A stretch of DNA of 64,000 nt from Octopus bimaculoides. Lineage: Eukaryota. The stretch lies in the NCBI RefSeq assembly GCF_001194135.2, contig NC_068992.1, positions 63,711,456 through 63,775,455 on the forward strand. Reading direction: 5' to 3'. The notes under the pieces are model-generated. The model saw only the letters and a list, made by a program, of their open reading frames with translations. It was not told the DNA's origin and did not search any database. A program made the position numbers and the translations under genes. Positions 26,246 to 38,611 of this stretch are shown here, in pieces (within the stretch, counting starts at the first letter, position 1; the number at the start of each line of letters is the position of its first letter).

Positions 26246-27863
26246 GCATCCGAAACTCAGAGTTTTATCATGGCTACCGAATAAGTGTCACATATTTTTA
26301 CAGATAAATTCCTCTATTTACATAATATCGAGGTCTCTTTCTTTCTTTTGTTGTCCTTTCTATCAATATATATATATTTACACGTTATTACTGTAGCTCT
26401 ATCTACTTCGAGGTTCACTGTTCCCAATATGAATTGTTTCACCCTCTCGAAGTTTCTAAGAACTCGTGATGCCAGCAATATATAAATGTGTGTGTGTGTG
26501 TGTGTTTGAGTTGTATGTGTCTGGTTTTTTGTTCATTCTTTTTATTTTATTATTTGTTGTAGTTGTTGATGTTTTTGTTTAACCCCCGGTGCCAACCCTG
26601 ATCCAGCAAACCTATGATCAGAGGGCATTTTCAGCCATGACCATCCCATCTTTTTTTCACCCTTAGTGTATTCATAATTACATTTACTACTGTGTCCTTC
26701 ATTTTTAAAACAATAGGGCGTGAAATGGAGCTGATTTGACCGCTATTTCTAGCTGGTCGAATATCCACATAGAGGGACACGGGCACACATGCACACATAC
26801 ACACACACTGTGATTTATATGAATATATATATGTGCATATCTATTTTGTGTGTGTTGTAGTTGTTTTTTATTGTTGCTGTTGTTTAAGCCCCTGGTCTAT
26901 TTTTCATACATATTTTTTTTATCTAGAAACTATATTATCCATACTATTCTCTTTTCTTTTCTTTGTTTTTCCTTTTTTTTTTTTTTTTAGTAATGGTAAA
27001 GTATAATTTGTTGGTGATTTGACTTCTATCCTTTTTAGGTGATCGTTTGACATCGCTCCTCAGAACAGATTAAATCTCCCTCAAATGACACCCTACCGTC
27101 TTTTCAATGAGGGAAGAACGCATTAGATTGTGTCACCCTAGATATCCACAAAAAATGACGGGATGGTTACATTTGGAATGCCGTTGATATGTATCCTGAC
27201 TTGTGATCAAAAACTGACCGGTGGCTAAACAATGTTCCAACAGATCTGATGTCGCTACAATTACTTTAGAGACAAAATCATTAGTTAATATCATTTCGCA
27301 GTGGTCTTTATTATTGATATTATTGTATTTCTATAGTTGTTTTGTTTTTTGTTTTTCTTGTTTAGCCCTGGGTCAACCATGTTTGAGTAAATTTATGATT
27401 AAAGCCAATCCAACTGTTACCATCGCCCCATCTTTTTTCTAAGACATTGTTTTCTTCCTTACTTAAGACAGTGTGGTGTGTGATTTGAGGGCGGTTTGAC
27501 TATTGTTTCAAGCAGGTACACACACACGCACTCTCTTTCTCTCTTTCTCCCCCCCCCCCTCTCTCTCTCTGGCTTGATTTCCGTGGACATTTATGTCAAT
27601 AAACGTGGAATCAATACATGTCATTTTATGTAAATAAACGTGGAATCAATACGTCATTTTATGTAAATAACTATGGAATCATGGGATACGTGTTTGTTAA
27701 CATCGTCATTCTATCTGCGCAACAATAAATAATAAATATTGTTTCTTTAATTTTCCACCAGGCCCCAGTCGCACACGCGCACTCAAACACACACGCGCGC
27801 ACATGTATGTATGTATGTATGTATGTATGTATGTATGTATGTATGTATATATGTATGTATGTG

Positions 27864-27921
<58 letters not shown>

Positions 27922-28357
27922 TATAGATAGATAGATAGATAGATAGATGGATGGATGGATGGATGGATGAATATCTATATATGCCTGTATATAAAGATAT
28001 ATATGAAGAGATAAAAAAATTATAATACAAGATGGAATGAACAAGCTTTAATCAAAACACTACAATTGTTTCTATGCGTTAGTACAAGCTGAGTAATAAC
28101 ACTATGGGAGTATTACCCAGGTTACATATATGTAAACATACATACATACATACATACATACAAACATACATACATACATACAAAAATACCTGTTGTTGAT
28201 GTTGAAATTCCAGTGAAAGAACCTTGGATCTAGGTTAGAAACCGGCTCTTTCTCCATTCGCAAGAAACCTTGAAATAAACTGAATAATGACATACATATG
28301 TATATTTATGCATGCATGTATGTATGTATGTATATAATACATGCATATGCGAGTATT

Positions 28358-28436
<79 letters not shown>

Positions 28437-28529
28437 TTAAGGGGAAATTCACAAAAAAACAAGAGACGAAGACATGTGGTGTAGACAACTAACTGATGTA
28501 TTAGTATAACGCTCGGGAAGTGAAAAAGT

Positions 28530-28565
28530 CTTTGACGTTTCGAGCCTACGCTCTTCCACAGAAAG
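28530..28565 (-). ncRNA. Minimal type I hammerhead-ribozyme-like motif (U6 core variant) of a PLE pseudo-LTR
   Basis: - strand: CUUU-CUGUGGA-A-GAGC(GUAG)GCUC-GAAA-CG-UC-AAAG; stem I and stem II pair perfectly and stem III is the loopless palindrome ACGU. Confidence 0.65.
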
Positions 28566-30449
28566 GGACACAGAAAGAAACAAGGAGAGAAAATAAAGAA
28601 TGTGTAGTGGCTAGCGATCTATCCATGTGTGTGTGTACGTCTGTAGGTGCATGAGTATGTGTTTAAGTGCATACGTATAAAACAATGAAGGCAACACCAT
28701 CTACGTGAGTAATAAGTTGCCGCCCCTATCTGATCAGGGCACCCCACGATCCAGACCTTCCACATCCACGTACGACGTATGCAACTATTGAAAATGGTTG
28801 GTTTCGAAAGCTCCAATGAGCTAACCAACTGAAATGTCAAAGTAAGCAGGAAGAAGAGGTTCCTGTCTTGATACAGAATTTCACTACCATGTAAAGTGGT
28901 TTTTCACCAGCATTCTATATTTTGTAAAGTCCTCTATAATCAGGCCCCATCTCCTAGAAAATCTGAATTCGACATTTTCCCAGATCTTATTGAAGGTCAT
29001 TTTAATTGACCATCATTTAGTCATTTGCTATTTGGATCAATAGGAATTCAGGCATACCCAAGAAGAGATGAGCTTCACGCACATTTTATTGACCTTCCCT
29101 TCAGATATACTTTTCCATTTTCTTTTTGTTCCTTTCTCTGCCTTTGTCGCTCTGATACTCCTTAACTAATCCATTTCCTTCTCGTTGTCTCAAGACGATG
29201 AAGCTGTGATGTTTCCACTTTTTATGGTCAGAACAGGGGTTCCTAATCGTCTGAGGGCAAGGCAATCTCTTAGGCTGTTTCCGGAGCCCATTTCTATAGC
29301 CCGCTGTCATTGTTGTGGACTCTACTGCTTTGTTCTAAGTTCCTCCGAGCAAAACCTCTCTAACCTCACTGTGCCCGTCTGCGTAACAGATGCTTTCTAC
29401 TCCACATCAACAAATTCATTGCTTTTCTTTTTGCGCCCACGATGGGGCACAACTCCATGCAGATCCTCCCGACCATCTGTCGCACTAGTCAACTCGGTGC
29501 TCACTACTGCTCGTATTGTGCCACAAAGGTAACAACGAGCCAAAGTTCAGCATTTCACGATCTTCGGACTGATTCATCTCATATATTGCAGCATTAGCAC
29601 GACATATGATTTAACAGTGCGCACTACTTTTTCACCCACTATGCAATTCTGAAGTCCCGGCATTCTGTTCCCTGATTCTTACCCATGTCGACGGGGAGTT
29701 GTTGCTCCACACATCAGCCAAGATTACTTTTATTTGTTGCTTTGAGGATATAAGAGAAGCTCCTGTGCTTTCAGAAATGCAGGGATATATGAGACCTTCT
29801 GCCTTGCTCGCTCTTGGATAAAGACTTCGGGTAGGGAGTCATTTTGGTGGTGAACATGTCTTTTTTCTATTAGATCACACATTTCCAATTCTTCTCTTTG
29901 ACTAGCAACACTGACGAAAGAATTGATGAAGTACTGTATGTATTGCTCAAAACCACACATTCACTTTTCATTAAATGGGCTTGATTTCACCACTTGGCAA
30001 AATGCATTGTTTTTGATTTTTTTGTTGTTGTTAACAGTATCATTCAAATTGTTCCAAATATTGTATTTAAATGTTGATATATTAATTTTTCGTGTACAAA
30101 TCGTGGGTTTTATTGTGAAATTAAATTTGTTCTCAGTCATTTTTGTCTGTTTGTTTTGTAGTATTTTTTTTTTTGTAAGTATTCACGTTTACTTTTTTTT
30201 AACGGATGCGTTTCTGTACCAACAAATGATCTTGATATGTAAGTGGAAATTGAAAAATAGAATTATGTCCAGTAATAACAGATCTTATGTCTCCCCCGTG
30301 GCATGGGCTAGACATGCAACGCGTCCCAAGTGGTTTCCTGTCGAAAATTATACAAAGAGAACTATATTCTAACTTCACTTTCCGCATGATAAAAATCATA
30401 GATTCTTCACAGAGAGATAGCTACACGCACATCATTCAATAACAACAAC

Positions 30450-30720
30450 AGGAGCCTAAAAACAGAAACAATCCCTATAATAATAGGTGTATGATGCATG
30501 ATTATAAAACATTCAGACAAATACATAACCAAAACACCAGGGCTTACGAATGTACATAACATACAGAAAATAGCACTTCTAGGCACCGCGTACATCCCAC
30601 GTAAAGCACTTTCAATACAGAGAAAACGGCACCAAAACAAACTACAGTGCATACCCAAGGTACACAGGAGCTGCACTCGGTAGTGCAGTGAAAGCACGTG
30701 ATAAAAATAAGATTACTGAA
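30450..30720 (+). mobile_element. R4/Dong-type RLE non-LTR retrotransposon 3' end (fragment a)
   Basis: SLKTETIPIIIGV*CMIIKHSDKYITKTPGLTNVHNIQKIALLGTAYIPRKAL; begins after an (aac)n stub. Confidence 0.75.
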
Positions 30721-30721
30721 T

Positions 30722-31335
30722 TACAAAAGGAGACACGACAATGTGGCCAAATATGTCCACTGACTGTTGTGCGGTAAAGCAAACCTCGAGAGAGTCGAAC
30801 AATGGTATGAACATAAGCCAGAGAGAATAATGGAAAACAAACATTACAAAATACTCTGGGAGTTTAACATACAATGCGACCAAGTCATAAAGGCGAGACG
30901 GCCAGATATCGTGATCGTCCATAAAGATGAAAAAGAAGCAAAGATAATAGATGTTGCAATACCAGGCGATTCGAGGGTGAAATGTAAGGAAACAGAAAAG
31001 AGTGAGAGATACTAGCCACTGCGGGATGAGATAGGAAAGTCATGGGGCATGAGGAAAGTTATGGGGCATGAGGAAAGTTATGGTGATACCAGTAGTAATT
31101 GGAGCATTAGGAGCAGTTTCCAAGAGGTTTGAAAAACATATTAAGAATATTGGAGCTGCTGTCAGGCTCAAGGTGATCCAGAAGACAGCATTGTTGGGTA
31201 TAGCTCGCTTTCTAAGGAGAGTACTGTCTCTTTGAGTCAGAGGAGAAGAAGGCACTACTTGAAACCTTTGGTGATTTGTTATTGTCTGCTTTCAAGTAAA
31301 GAATAACCGGTAATTAAGAACTATCCGAGAGTCTC
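30722..31335 (+). mobile_element. R4/Dong-type RLE LINE 3' end (fragment b)
   Basis: KRRHDNVAKYVH*LLC...WYEHKP...KILWEFNIQCD...RRPDIVIV...IIDVAIPGD...KE.EK..RY...VIPVVIGALGAVS...QKTALLG; RHD and PD..D..K RLE motifs; followed by (aat)n. Confidence 0.9.
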
Positions 31336-31337
31336 TC

Positions 31338-31384
<47 letters not shown>

Positions 31385-31386
<2 letters not shown>

Positions 31387-31745
31387 ATCGTCATCAAATA
31401 TCTAAAACAAAAAACATGCCTGTTAATTGATATGACAGTACCTACTGATAGAAACATCTCAGCAAAAGAATTTGAAAAACTGTCGAAATATAAGGACCTT
31501 GAGTTTGAGATGTCTAGGACGTAGCAATTAAAAACCAAAACTATCCCTGTTGTTATAGGTAGCCTGGAAATAGTCAAGAAAGGTACTAACAAATTTTTTG
31601 ACCAGATCCCAGGGAAATCTGTGAAACTCAAAAAATTGTGTTGACATCAACTGCCCACATTCTTAGGAAGTGTCTCTCCGTCTAATATGTATATACCTTA
31701 GGTCTCTGGTTGAGACCCGTTCAGATGAAATAAAATGCAATTCAA
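31385..31745 (+). mobile_element. R4/Dong-type RLE LINE 3' end (fragment c)
   Basis: IVIKYLKQKTCLLIDMTVPTDRNISAKEFEKLSKYKDL...IPVVIGSL...TAHILRK; flanked on both sides by (aat)n. Confidence 0.85.
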
Positions 31746-31789
31746 TCGGAAAATAATAATTAAAATAATAATAATAATAATAATAATAA

Positions 31790-32190
31790 GTTTTACTCAC
31801 TGTTCCCAGGGCCCCGACAATTATTGGTACTACTACCACCTTTTTCAGCGACCACAACTGCTTAACATTCCAAGTTAACCTGTCATATCTATCGACTTTT
31901 CTTTCTTCCTTATCGCATACCTTGTTGTCAGCTGGGCATGCTATATCTATGATCCAGCATCGTTTGCTTTCTTTTTCAATTAATACTATATCTGTAAACA
32001 ATTTTGAGAAGTACATGGATCAAATAGGGGCTGCAATAAGGGTGGAGCACTTACAGAAAACAGCACTGCTTGGAACCGCTCGAATACTTCGGATGGTGCT
32101 CGAAACATAAGGGGTGTTACCTTAGTTCACTGGTAGTGAATAACTAGCATCGTAGTACATCTCCAGCGTTAGAAACTGTGCAAATACAAT
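31790..32190. mobile_element. R4/Dong-type RLE LINE 3' end with inverted 5' segment (fragment d)
   Basis: 31790-31993 is antisense (DIVLIEK...IIDIACPAD...GALGTVSK); 31994-32110 is sense (NFEKYMDQIG...QKTALLGTARILRMVLET*); flanked by (aat)n and (aac)n(aat)n. Confidence 0.85.
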
Positions 32191-32194
32191 AAAT

Positions 32195-32297
<103 letters not shown>

Positions 32298-33270
32298 TTA
32301 ATAATAATAAGTGTTATCATGTACATTGTTTTGTCTCGGTATAAAAGATGGGCTACANNNNNNNNNNNNNNNNNNNNNNNNNNNNNNNNNNNNNNNNNNN
32401 NNNNNNNNNNNNNNNNNNNNNNNNNNNNNNNNNNNNNNNNNNNNNNNNNNNNNNNNNNNNNNNNNNNNNNNNNNNNNNNNNNNNNNNNNNNNNNNNNNNN
32501 NNNNNNNNNNNNNNNNNNNNNNNNNNNNNNNNNNNNNNNNNNNNNNNNNNNNNNNNNNNNNNNNNNNNNNNNNNNNNNNNNNNNNNNNNNNNNNNNNNNN
32601 NNNNNNNNNNNNNNNNNNNNNNNNNNNNNNNNNNNNNNNNNNNNNNNNNNNNNNNNNNNNNNNNNNNNNNNNNNNNNNNNNNNNNNNNNNNNNNNNNNNN
32701 NNNNNNNNNNNNNNNNNNNNNNNNNNNNNNNNNNNNNNNNNNNNNNNNNNNNNNNNNNNNNNNNNNNNNNNNNNNNNNNNNNNNNNNNNNNNNNNNNNNN
32801 NNNNNNNNNNNNNNNNNNNNNNNNNNNNNNNNNNNNNNNNNNNNNNNNNNNNNNNNNNNNNNNNNNNNNNNNNNNNNNNNNNNNNNNNNNNNNNNNNNNN
32901 NNNNNNNNNNNNNNNNNNNNNNNNNNNNNNNNNNNNNNNNNNNNNNNNNNNNNNNNNNNNNNNNNNNNNNNNNNNNNNNNNNNNNNNNNNNNNNNNNNNN
33001 NNNNNNNNNNNNNNNNNNNNNNNNNNNNNNNNNNNNNNNNNNNNNNNNNNNNNNNNNNNNNNNNNNNNNNNNNNNNNNNNNNNNNNNNNNNNNNNNNNNN
33101 NNNNNNNNNNNNNNNNNNNNNNNNNNNNNNNNNNNNNNNNNNNNNNNNNNNNNNNNNNNNNNNNNNNNNNNNNNNNNNNNNNNNNNNNNNNNNNNNNNNN
33201 NNNNNNNNNNNNNNNNNNNNNNNNNNNNNNNNNNNNNNNNNNNNNNNNNNNNNNNNNNNNNNNNNNNNNN

Positions 33271-34340
33271 TTTCTGAAAGAGAGCAAAAAATTCGCTACT
33301 GATCTCTTAGATACCTACCAGATTGATCAGGTTGAAAGAAATTCGCCAACTGCTGCTGCAAAAGAAAATAAAATTAATTGCAAAGACAAAAGCACATGAA
33401 AAATTAGCTAGCAGATGGAAACAGAAACCTCTGCATGGCAAGTATGTGGCTCGTAGCAAACAAGCTGATGTCGACCAGAAACGCACGCATCAGTGGTTAC
33501 GAAGTTCAGGGCTAAAAGCAGAGAGCGAAGGTTTCATATTGGCTGCTCAAGACCAAAGCTTATTAACCCGGAATTACCAATGTGATAAAAAATGGAACTG
33601 ACCCAAAATGCCGATTCTGTAACGATGAGATTGAAACTATAGACCACATAATCTCAGGGTGTAGAGTCTTAGCACCTGTAGAATATAAAGCAAGACATGA
33701 CAAAGTCGGCCAGTATTAACAATGGACAATATGTCGGCATTATAAAATCAAAACCGCTGACAAATGGTATAAACACCATCCTGAAGCTGAGAAAATATGT
33801 CGATTCTCTGGAACTTCCCCGTACATCCCTACAAAACTATAAAAGCTAATAAACCGGATATTATTATAAAAGATCAGACAAAAAAGATGTGTTTATTAAT
33901 TGACATGAGTATTCTTTGCGATCACAATATAGCGGAGGAAGAATTTGACAAGATCAGTAAATATAAAGACTTGCTAATAGAAATTGAAAAAATGTGGCAT
34001 CTCAAGGAGACTACCGTACCAGTGATTGTATGATCTCTAGGAATGATAAAAAGAAGGTACTGAAACCTATTTGAAAATGATACCAGGCTTACCATCCCCA
34101 CAGGAAGTGCAAAAAATCGTCTTGACTGTAACGACTCGTGTCCTGAGAAGAGCATTATCGCTGTGAAAACAACATCCATTCATGAATTTATTTATTTATT
34201 TTAAATACATATTTTACCTGTGAATTTGCGTGTGTAAACTGGGAATGCATACAATGAGTTTCTCTGCCCTAGGTGTACGGAAAACACACGGCGAGAAACG
34301 GAAGTTAATTTGAACAAAGAAGAAAAAAATCAACATAATG
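33271..34340 (+). mobile_element. R4/Dong-type RLE LINE 3' portion (fragment e)
   Basis: WKQKPLHGKY...WLRSSGLKAESEGFILAAQDQSL..CRFCNDEIETIDHIISGC..EYKARHDKV...NKPDIII...LIDMS; CCHC knuckle plus RLE; followed by (aat)n. Confidence 0.92.
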
Positions 34341-34399
<59 letters not shown>

Positions 34400-34400
<1 letters not shown>

Positions 34401-35165
34401 GGACGTTAAAGATAATACAGCATTGTGGTCATGGCTTGAGCGAGGTTATTTGAGGCGTACCACCGAAAGTCTGATCATTGCTGCACAAGATCAGGCTCTG
34501 GCTACCAATTCAGTGAAGTATAACAGCTATAAAACTTCTGACACCCAGAAATGCAGACTCTTTGGAAAGAGTGTGGAAAATGTGACCCACTTGGTAAGTG
34601 GATGTGAGCTCCTTGCACAAAAAGAATACAAGCACCGCCACCATAAAGTGTGTGTGCATCTTCATTGGCTCTTATGCCGTAAATACCAATATGAAGTAAC
34701 AGAGAATTGGTATGAGCATGTACCAAGTAAAGTTATGCAGGAAAATGGAAAAGTAATGATACTCTGGGACTATGATTTTCAGACGGATCGTGTAATCGAA
34801 CACCGTCGGCCGGATATTGTCATATTGAATAAGAGAGAGAAATACTGTCAGATCATTGATGTAGCCATACCAAATGACATGAATGTCGTGAATCACCAAG
34901 TACTCCGAACTGAAAGTGGAAATAGCAAGACTGTATGGAATGCGAGAGGGTAATATAAAAGTGATACCAGTGGTAATAGGAGCGTTTGGCTCAGTCACAT
35001 TGAAACTTCAAGACTTCTTAAAGACAACTGGAAACCCGATGCAAGATTGATGTCTCGTAAAAAGCAGTCTTATTGGGCACAGCGCACATCTGTCTGAGAT
35101 CCTTGTTGTGACTTGACAGATGACTAAAGACTCCGGTGCATCTTTACCTACACAATGTTATGAAG
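34400..35165 (+). mobile_element. R4/Dong-type RLE LINE 3' portion (fragment f)
   Basis: WSWLERGYLRRTTESLIIAAQDQAL..CRLF..VENVTHLVSGC..EYKHRHHKV..LHWLLC..RRPDIVI..IIDVAIPND; starts after (aat)n. Confidence 0.92.
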
Positions 35166-35179
35166 GAATAATAATAATA

Positions 35180-35650
35180 CGGAGATTAGCAAAATCCTCT
35201 GGGATTTCCCAATCGAAACAGATCAGGTGCGAGAGCGTAACAGACCGGACCTAGAGGTGGCGGACAAGGTGCACCACATATGCTATGTAGCTGATGTTGA
35301 ATGTCCCTTTGACTCACAAATAGAAAAGAAGGAAGACGAAAAGATAGATACAACCCTCTTTAGTACGAAATAGCCCGCCTATGGAAAATGAAGAAGATGG
35401 AGATAGTGCCAATTATTGTTGGGTCTTTGGGGACAGTATCAGAAGGCATCAAGAGGAATAGAATGAAAATTGGAATAGAGTGCCCAGTAGAACTGTTATA
35501 AAAGGTTTGCCTCCTTGGCACGACTATAATAATCAGAAAAGTATTAGATAGCTGAAAAGAACGAATAGCATGGTTCCGTAAGCTGCAGGTAGCAAGACAT
35601 CTACACATGCAAGACTCCAGGAATTTCAACAAAAGCTGTGATAAAGAGAT
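35180..35650 (+). mobile_element. R4/Dong-type RLE LINE 3' end (fragment g)
   Basis: KILWDFPIETDQVRERNRPDLEVADK..CYVADVECPFD..KEDEKID../YEIARLWKMKKMEIVPIIVGSLGTVS..LLGTT.IIRKVLDS*; followed by (aac)n(aat)n. Confidence 0.88.
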
Positions 35651-35661
35651 AATAACAACAA

Positions 35662-35750
<89 letters not shown>

Positions 35751-36466
35751 TAGAAACGCTGAAATCCTTTTATTTATGTATTTACTTGTAAAATAAACTC
35801 GGATTATTATAGGTTATGTAATAGAGGCAGAGAAACTCTAGTATCGATGCCATCGATACTGGGACATCTCTGTGTCATTGGTTAATACGGCCGCGTTAGT
35901 CAATAGCAACAATGTGGGACAGAAAAAATTCAAGATTCTGACTCTTTCCGGTCACATCTGAAGCACGAGAAAAGAGTGCTTCTCTGTCGAGCTTCCATGT
36001 AGAGAAATACAAACTTAAAACATTTAAACATACTTCTGTAACAGTAAATTTTGTACAGTAAATTAGCTGAATCTACAGCCGATACGAGAAATTCGATACA
36101 TCAAACAAAGCTGAAATTTAAGTTAAATGTTGATTTCTTCTCATAAATTATCCACCCACTTAAAAAGTCAAGTTCTTATGTGTGTTATATGACACTGAGG
36201 GTATCATGAAAACATACACGTAAAAAATGAGTTAAAATTTCTGCTAAACATCGCTTTTGTTTTAATTTTTTTTCTTTTTTGTTTAGTCAATTACAGACGC
36301 AGACGTGACTGTGTGGGTAAGAAATTTGCTTTGAACCATATGGTTTTGAGTTCAATGCGGCACCTTAGGAAACTGTTCTTTTTTTTATAGTCTCGGGTCG
36401 ACCAAAGCCTTGTGAATAGATTTGATAGACGGACACTGAAAGAAGCCCGTCGTATTTAAATAAATG

Positions 36467-36514
<48 letters not shown>

Positions 36515-36626
36515 NNNNNNNNNNNNNNNNNNNNNNNNNNNNNNNNNNNNNNNNNNNNNNNNNNNNNNNNNNNNNNNNNNNNNNNNNNNNNNNNNNNNNN
36601 NNNNNNNNNNNNNNNNNNNNNNNNNN

Positions 36627-36675
<49 letters not shown>

Positions 36676-37937
36676 TGTGTGTGTGTGTCTTTGTGTTTTT
36701 ATTGTGTCTGTCCCCTACCACCGCTCGGAAACCAGTATTGGTTTGTTTACGCCCTCGTAAGATAGCGGCTCGGCAAAAAAGAACCTATAGAATAACTACC
36801 AGATTAAAAAATAAGTCCTGGAATCAATTGGTTCGACTAAATACTTTAAGGCCTTACAAGTCGGCATATCCGTCATATAGATCGGGCAACCATGAAACTT
36901 AAAGTAACGCCAGATGTTGTCGACTAAATACATGGAAGCGTGTGTTTTAATGTGACAAGATTTACTGGAACTCAACAAAGCACATGTATAATTAGAGAAT
37001 AAAATCATTAAAGTTAATGAATTTTATCAGTGGCCAGCATATAAAAACCTTTTAGGTAAAAATACACTTATAGAGATATATAATTGTGTAGGGTACAATT
37101 ATACTTAAGGGGGAAAGTTGATTAGATCGACACCAGTACGCAACTGGTACTTAATTTATCGACTCCGAAAGGATGAAAGGCAAAGTCGACCGCGGGGGAA
37201 TTTGAAATCAGAACGTGAAGACAGACGAAATACCGCTAAGACTTTCGCCCAGCGTGCTAACGTCTCTTATTTCTTTACTGCCCACAAGAGGCTACACACA
37301 GAGGGGACAAACAAGGACAGACAAACGGATTAAGTCGATTATATCGACCCCAGTGCGTAACTGGTACTTATTTAATTGACCCCGAAAGGATGAAAGGCAA
37401 AGTCGACCTCGGCGAAATTTGAACTCAGAACGTTACAGCAAACGAAATACCGCTAAACATTTCGCCCGGAGTGCTAACGTTTCTGCCAGCTCGCCGCCTT
37501 TTAGAGTGTATATGCCATATTTCGGGGGTTGTTTCCCCTTCTTCAGCACTCATCTAACCCAAATTTACAGTAATATCAGCACCAAGCAGTATTTGGTCAT
37601 AAGCAAACTTTAGGTTAGTTAAAATATATACGAGGGACTTCCACAGAGTTTCTGTTTACCAAATTTCACTCACAAGGCAGGCACTGGTTGGCACAGGGTT
37701 ATAGCAGAAGACACTTGCTGAAGGAGCCGTACGGGGCGGGGGATGAACCCACAACCAAGTGATTGCAAAACGAACTTCTTAACCATACAACCATGCCTGC
37801 AACAATACTAAATATGAAATTATTATTTTTTTTTTTATATCAAAACTGGAATCGAAATCAAAACTGAATTAAACTACAAACTGAAAATTTGAAAATAAAT
37901 TCTTATAAAAAATGAAAAAGAATATAGAAATTCAAAG

Positions 37938-38042
<105 letters not shown>

Positions 38043-38400
38043 TGAAACCAAAACAACGGAAATTATTTAATTTAGGGATAACTTCTGTAAGGTGGCGATC
38101 TGGCAGAGTCGTTAGCACGCCGAACAAAATACTTCGGAATATTTCTTCCAGTTTAACGTTTTGAGTTCAAATTCCGTCGAGGTCAATTTTATTTTTTATC
38201 CTTTCAGTACAAATAAAAGAAATACCAGCATAGCACTTCCCCAAGATTCCAGGTCCCTGTAGTAGAAATGAATTTCTAGATTTTCAAATTTCAAACTTAA
38301 ATTGGAAAGGGGAGCATCTTTGAGTTGTTGGGGTTTTTGGTTTTGTGGGGGAGATGTTTTTTTAGTTGAGGGGTGGGGTTAGAATTCTTTGATCTTGGTT

Positions 38401-38611
38401 TTAAATTCTCTCTTTTTTAAATTCTTTCTTTTGATTCGATTTTAAGCCTTTTTCTCGATTCACCATCATTTCAAATTTCTGGTCTTCGCTCTGGTTGCTT
38501 TCTTCTCGTCGTTTCACTGATTTCAGGACCTGGAGTTCTAAATCGCTTCGTGTCAGAGGTCTCAACTCATCTTCTCCGTCGTTGTTTTCATCAACGCCTA
38601 GGTGTTCCTCT
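38401..38611 (-). CDS. ODAD1: ODAD1-family last coding exon
   Basis: ttttatcccag|38611; (G)EEHLGVDENNDGEDELRPLTRSDLELQVLKSVKRRE...ERI* (family RPLT..EL...I.K.V..RE); TAA at 38403-38401. Confidence 0.8.

Noticed and set aside
29923-30372. 149-aa hydrophobic + strand ORF as a candidate 7TM exon for the GPCR
   Set aside because: The hydrophobicity comes from T-rich low-complexity DNA. No class C TM motifs (e.g. KTNRI, NFNEAK, PK.Y) and no convincing splice context.
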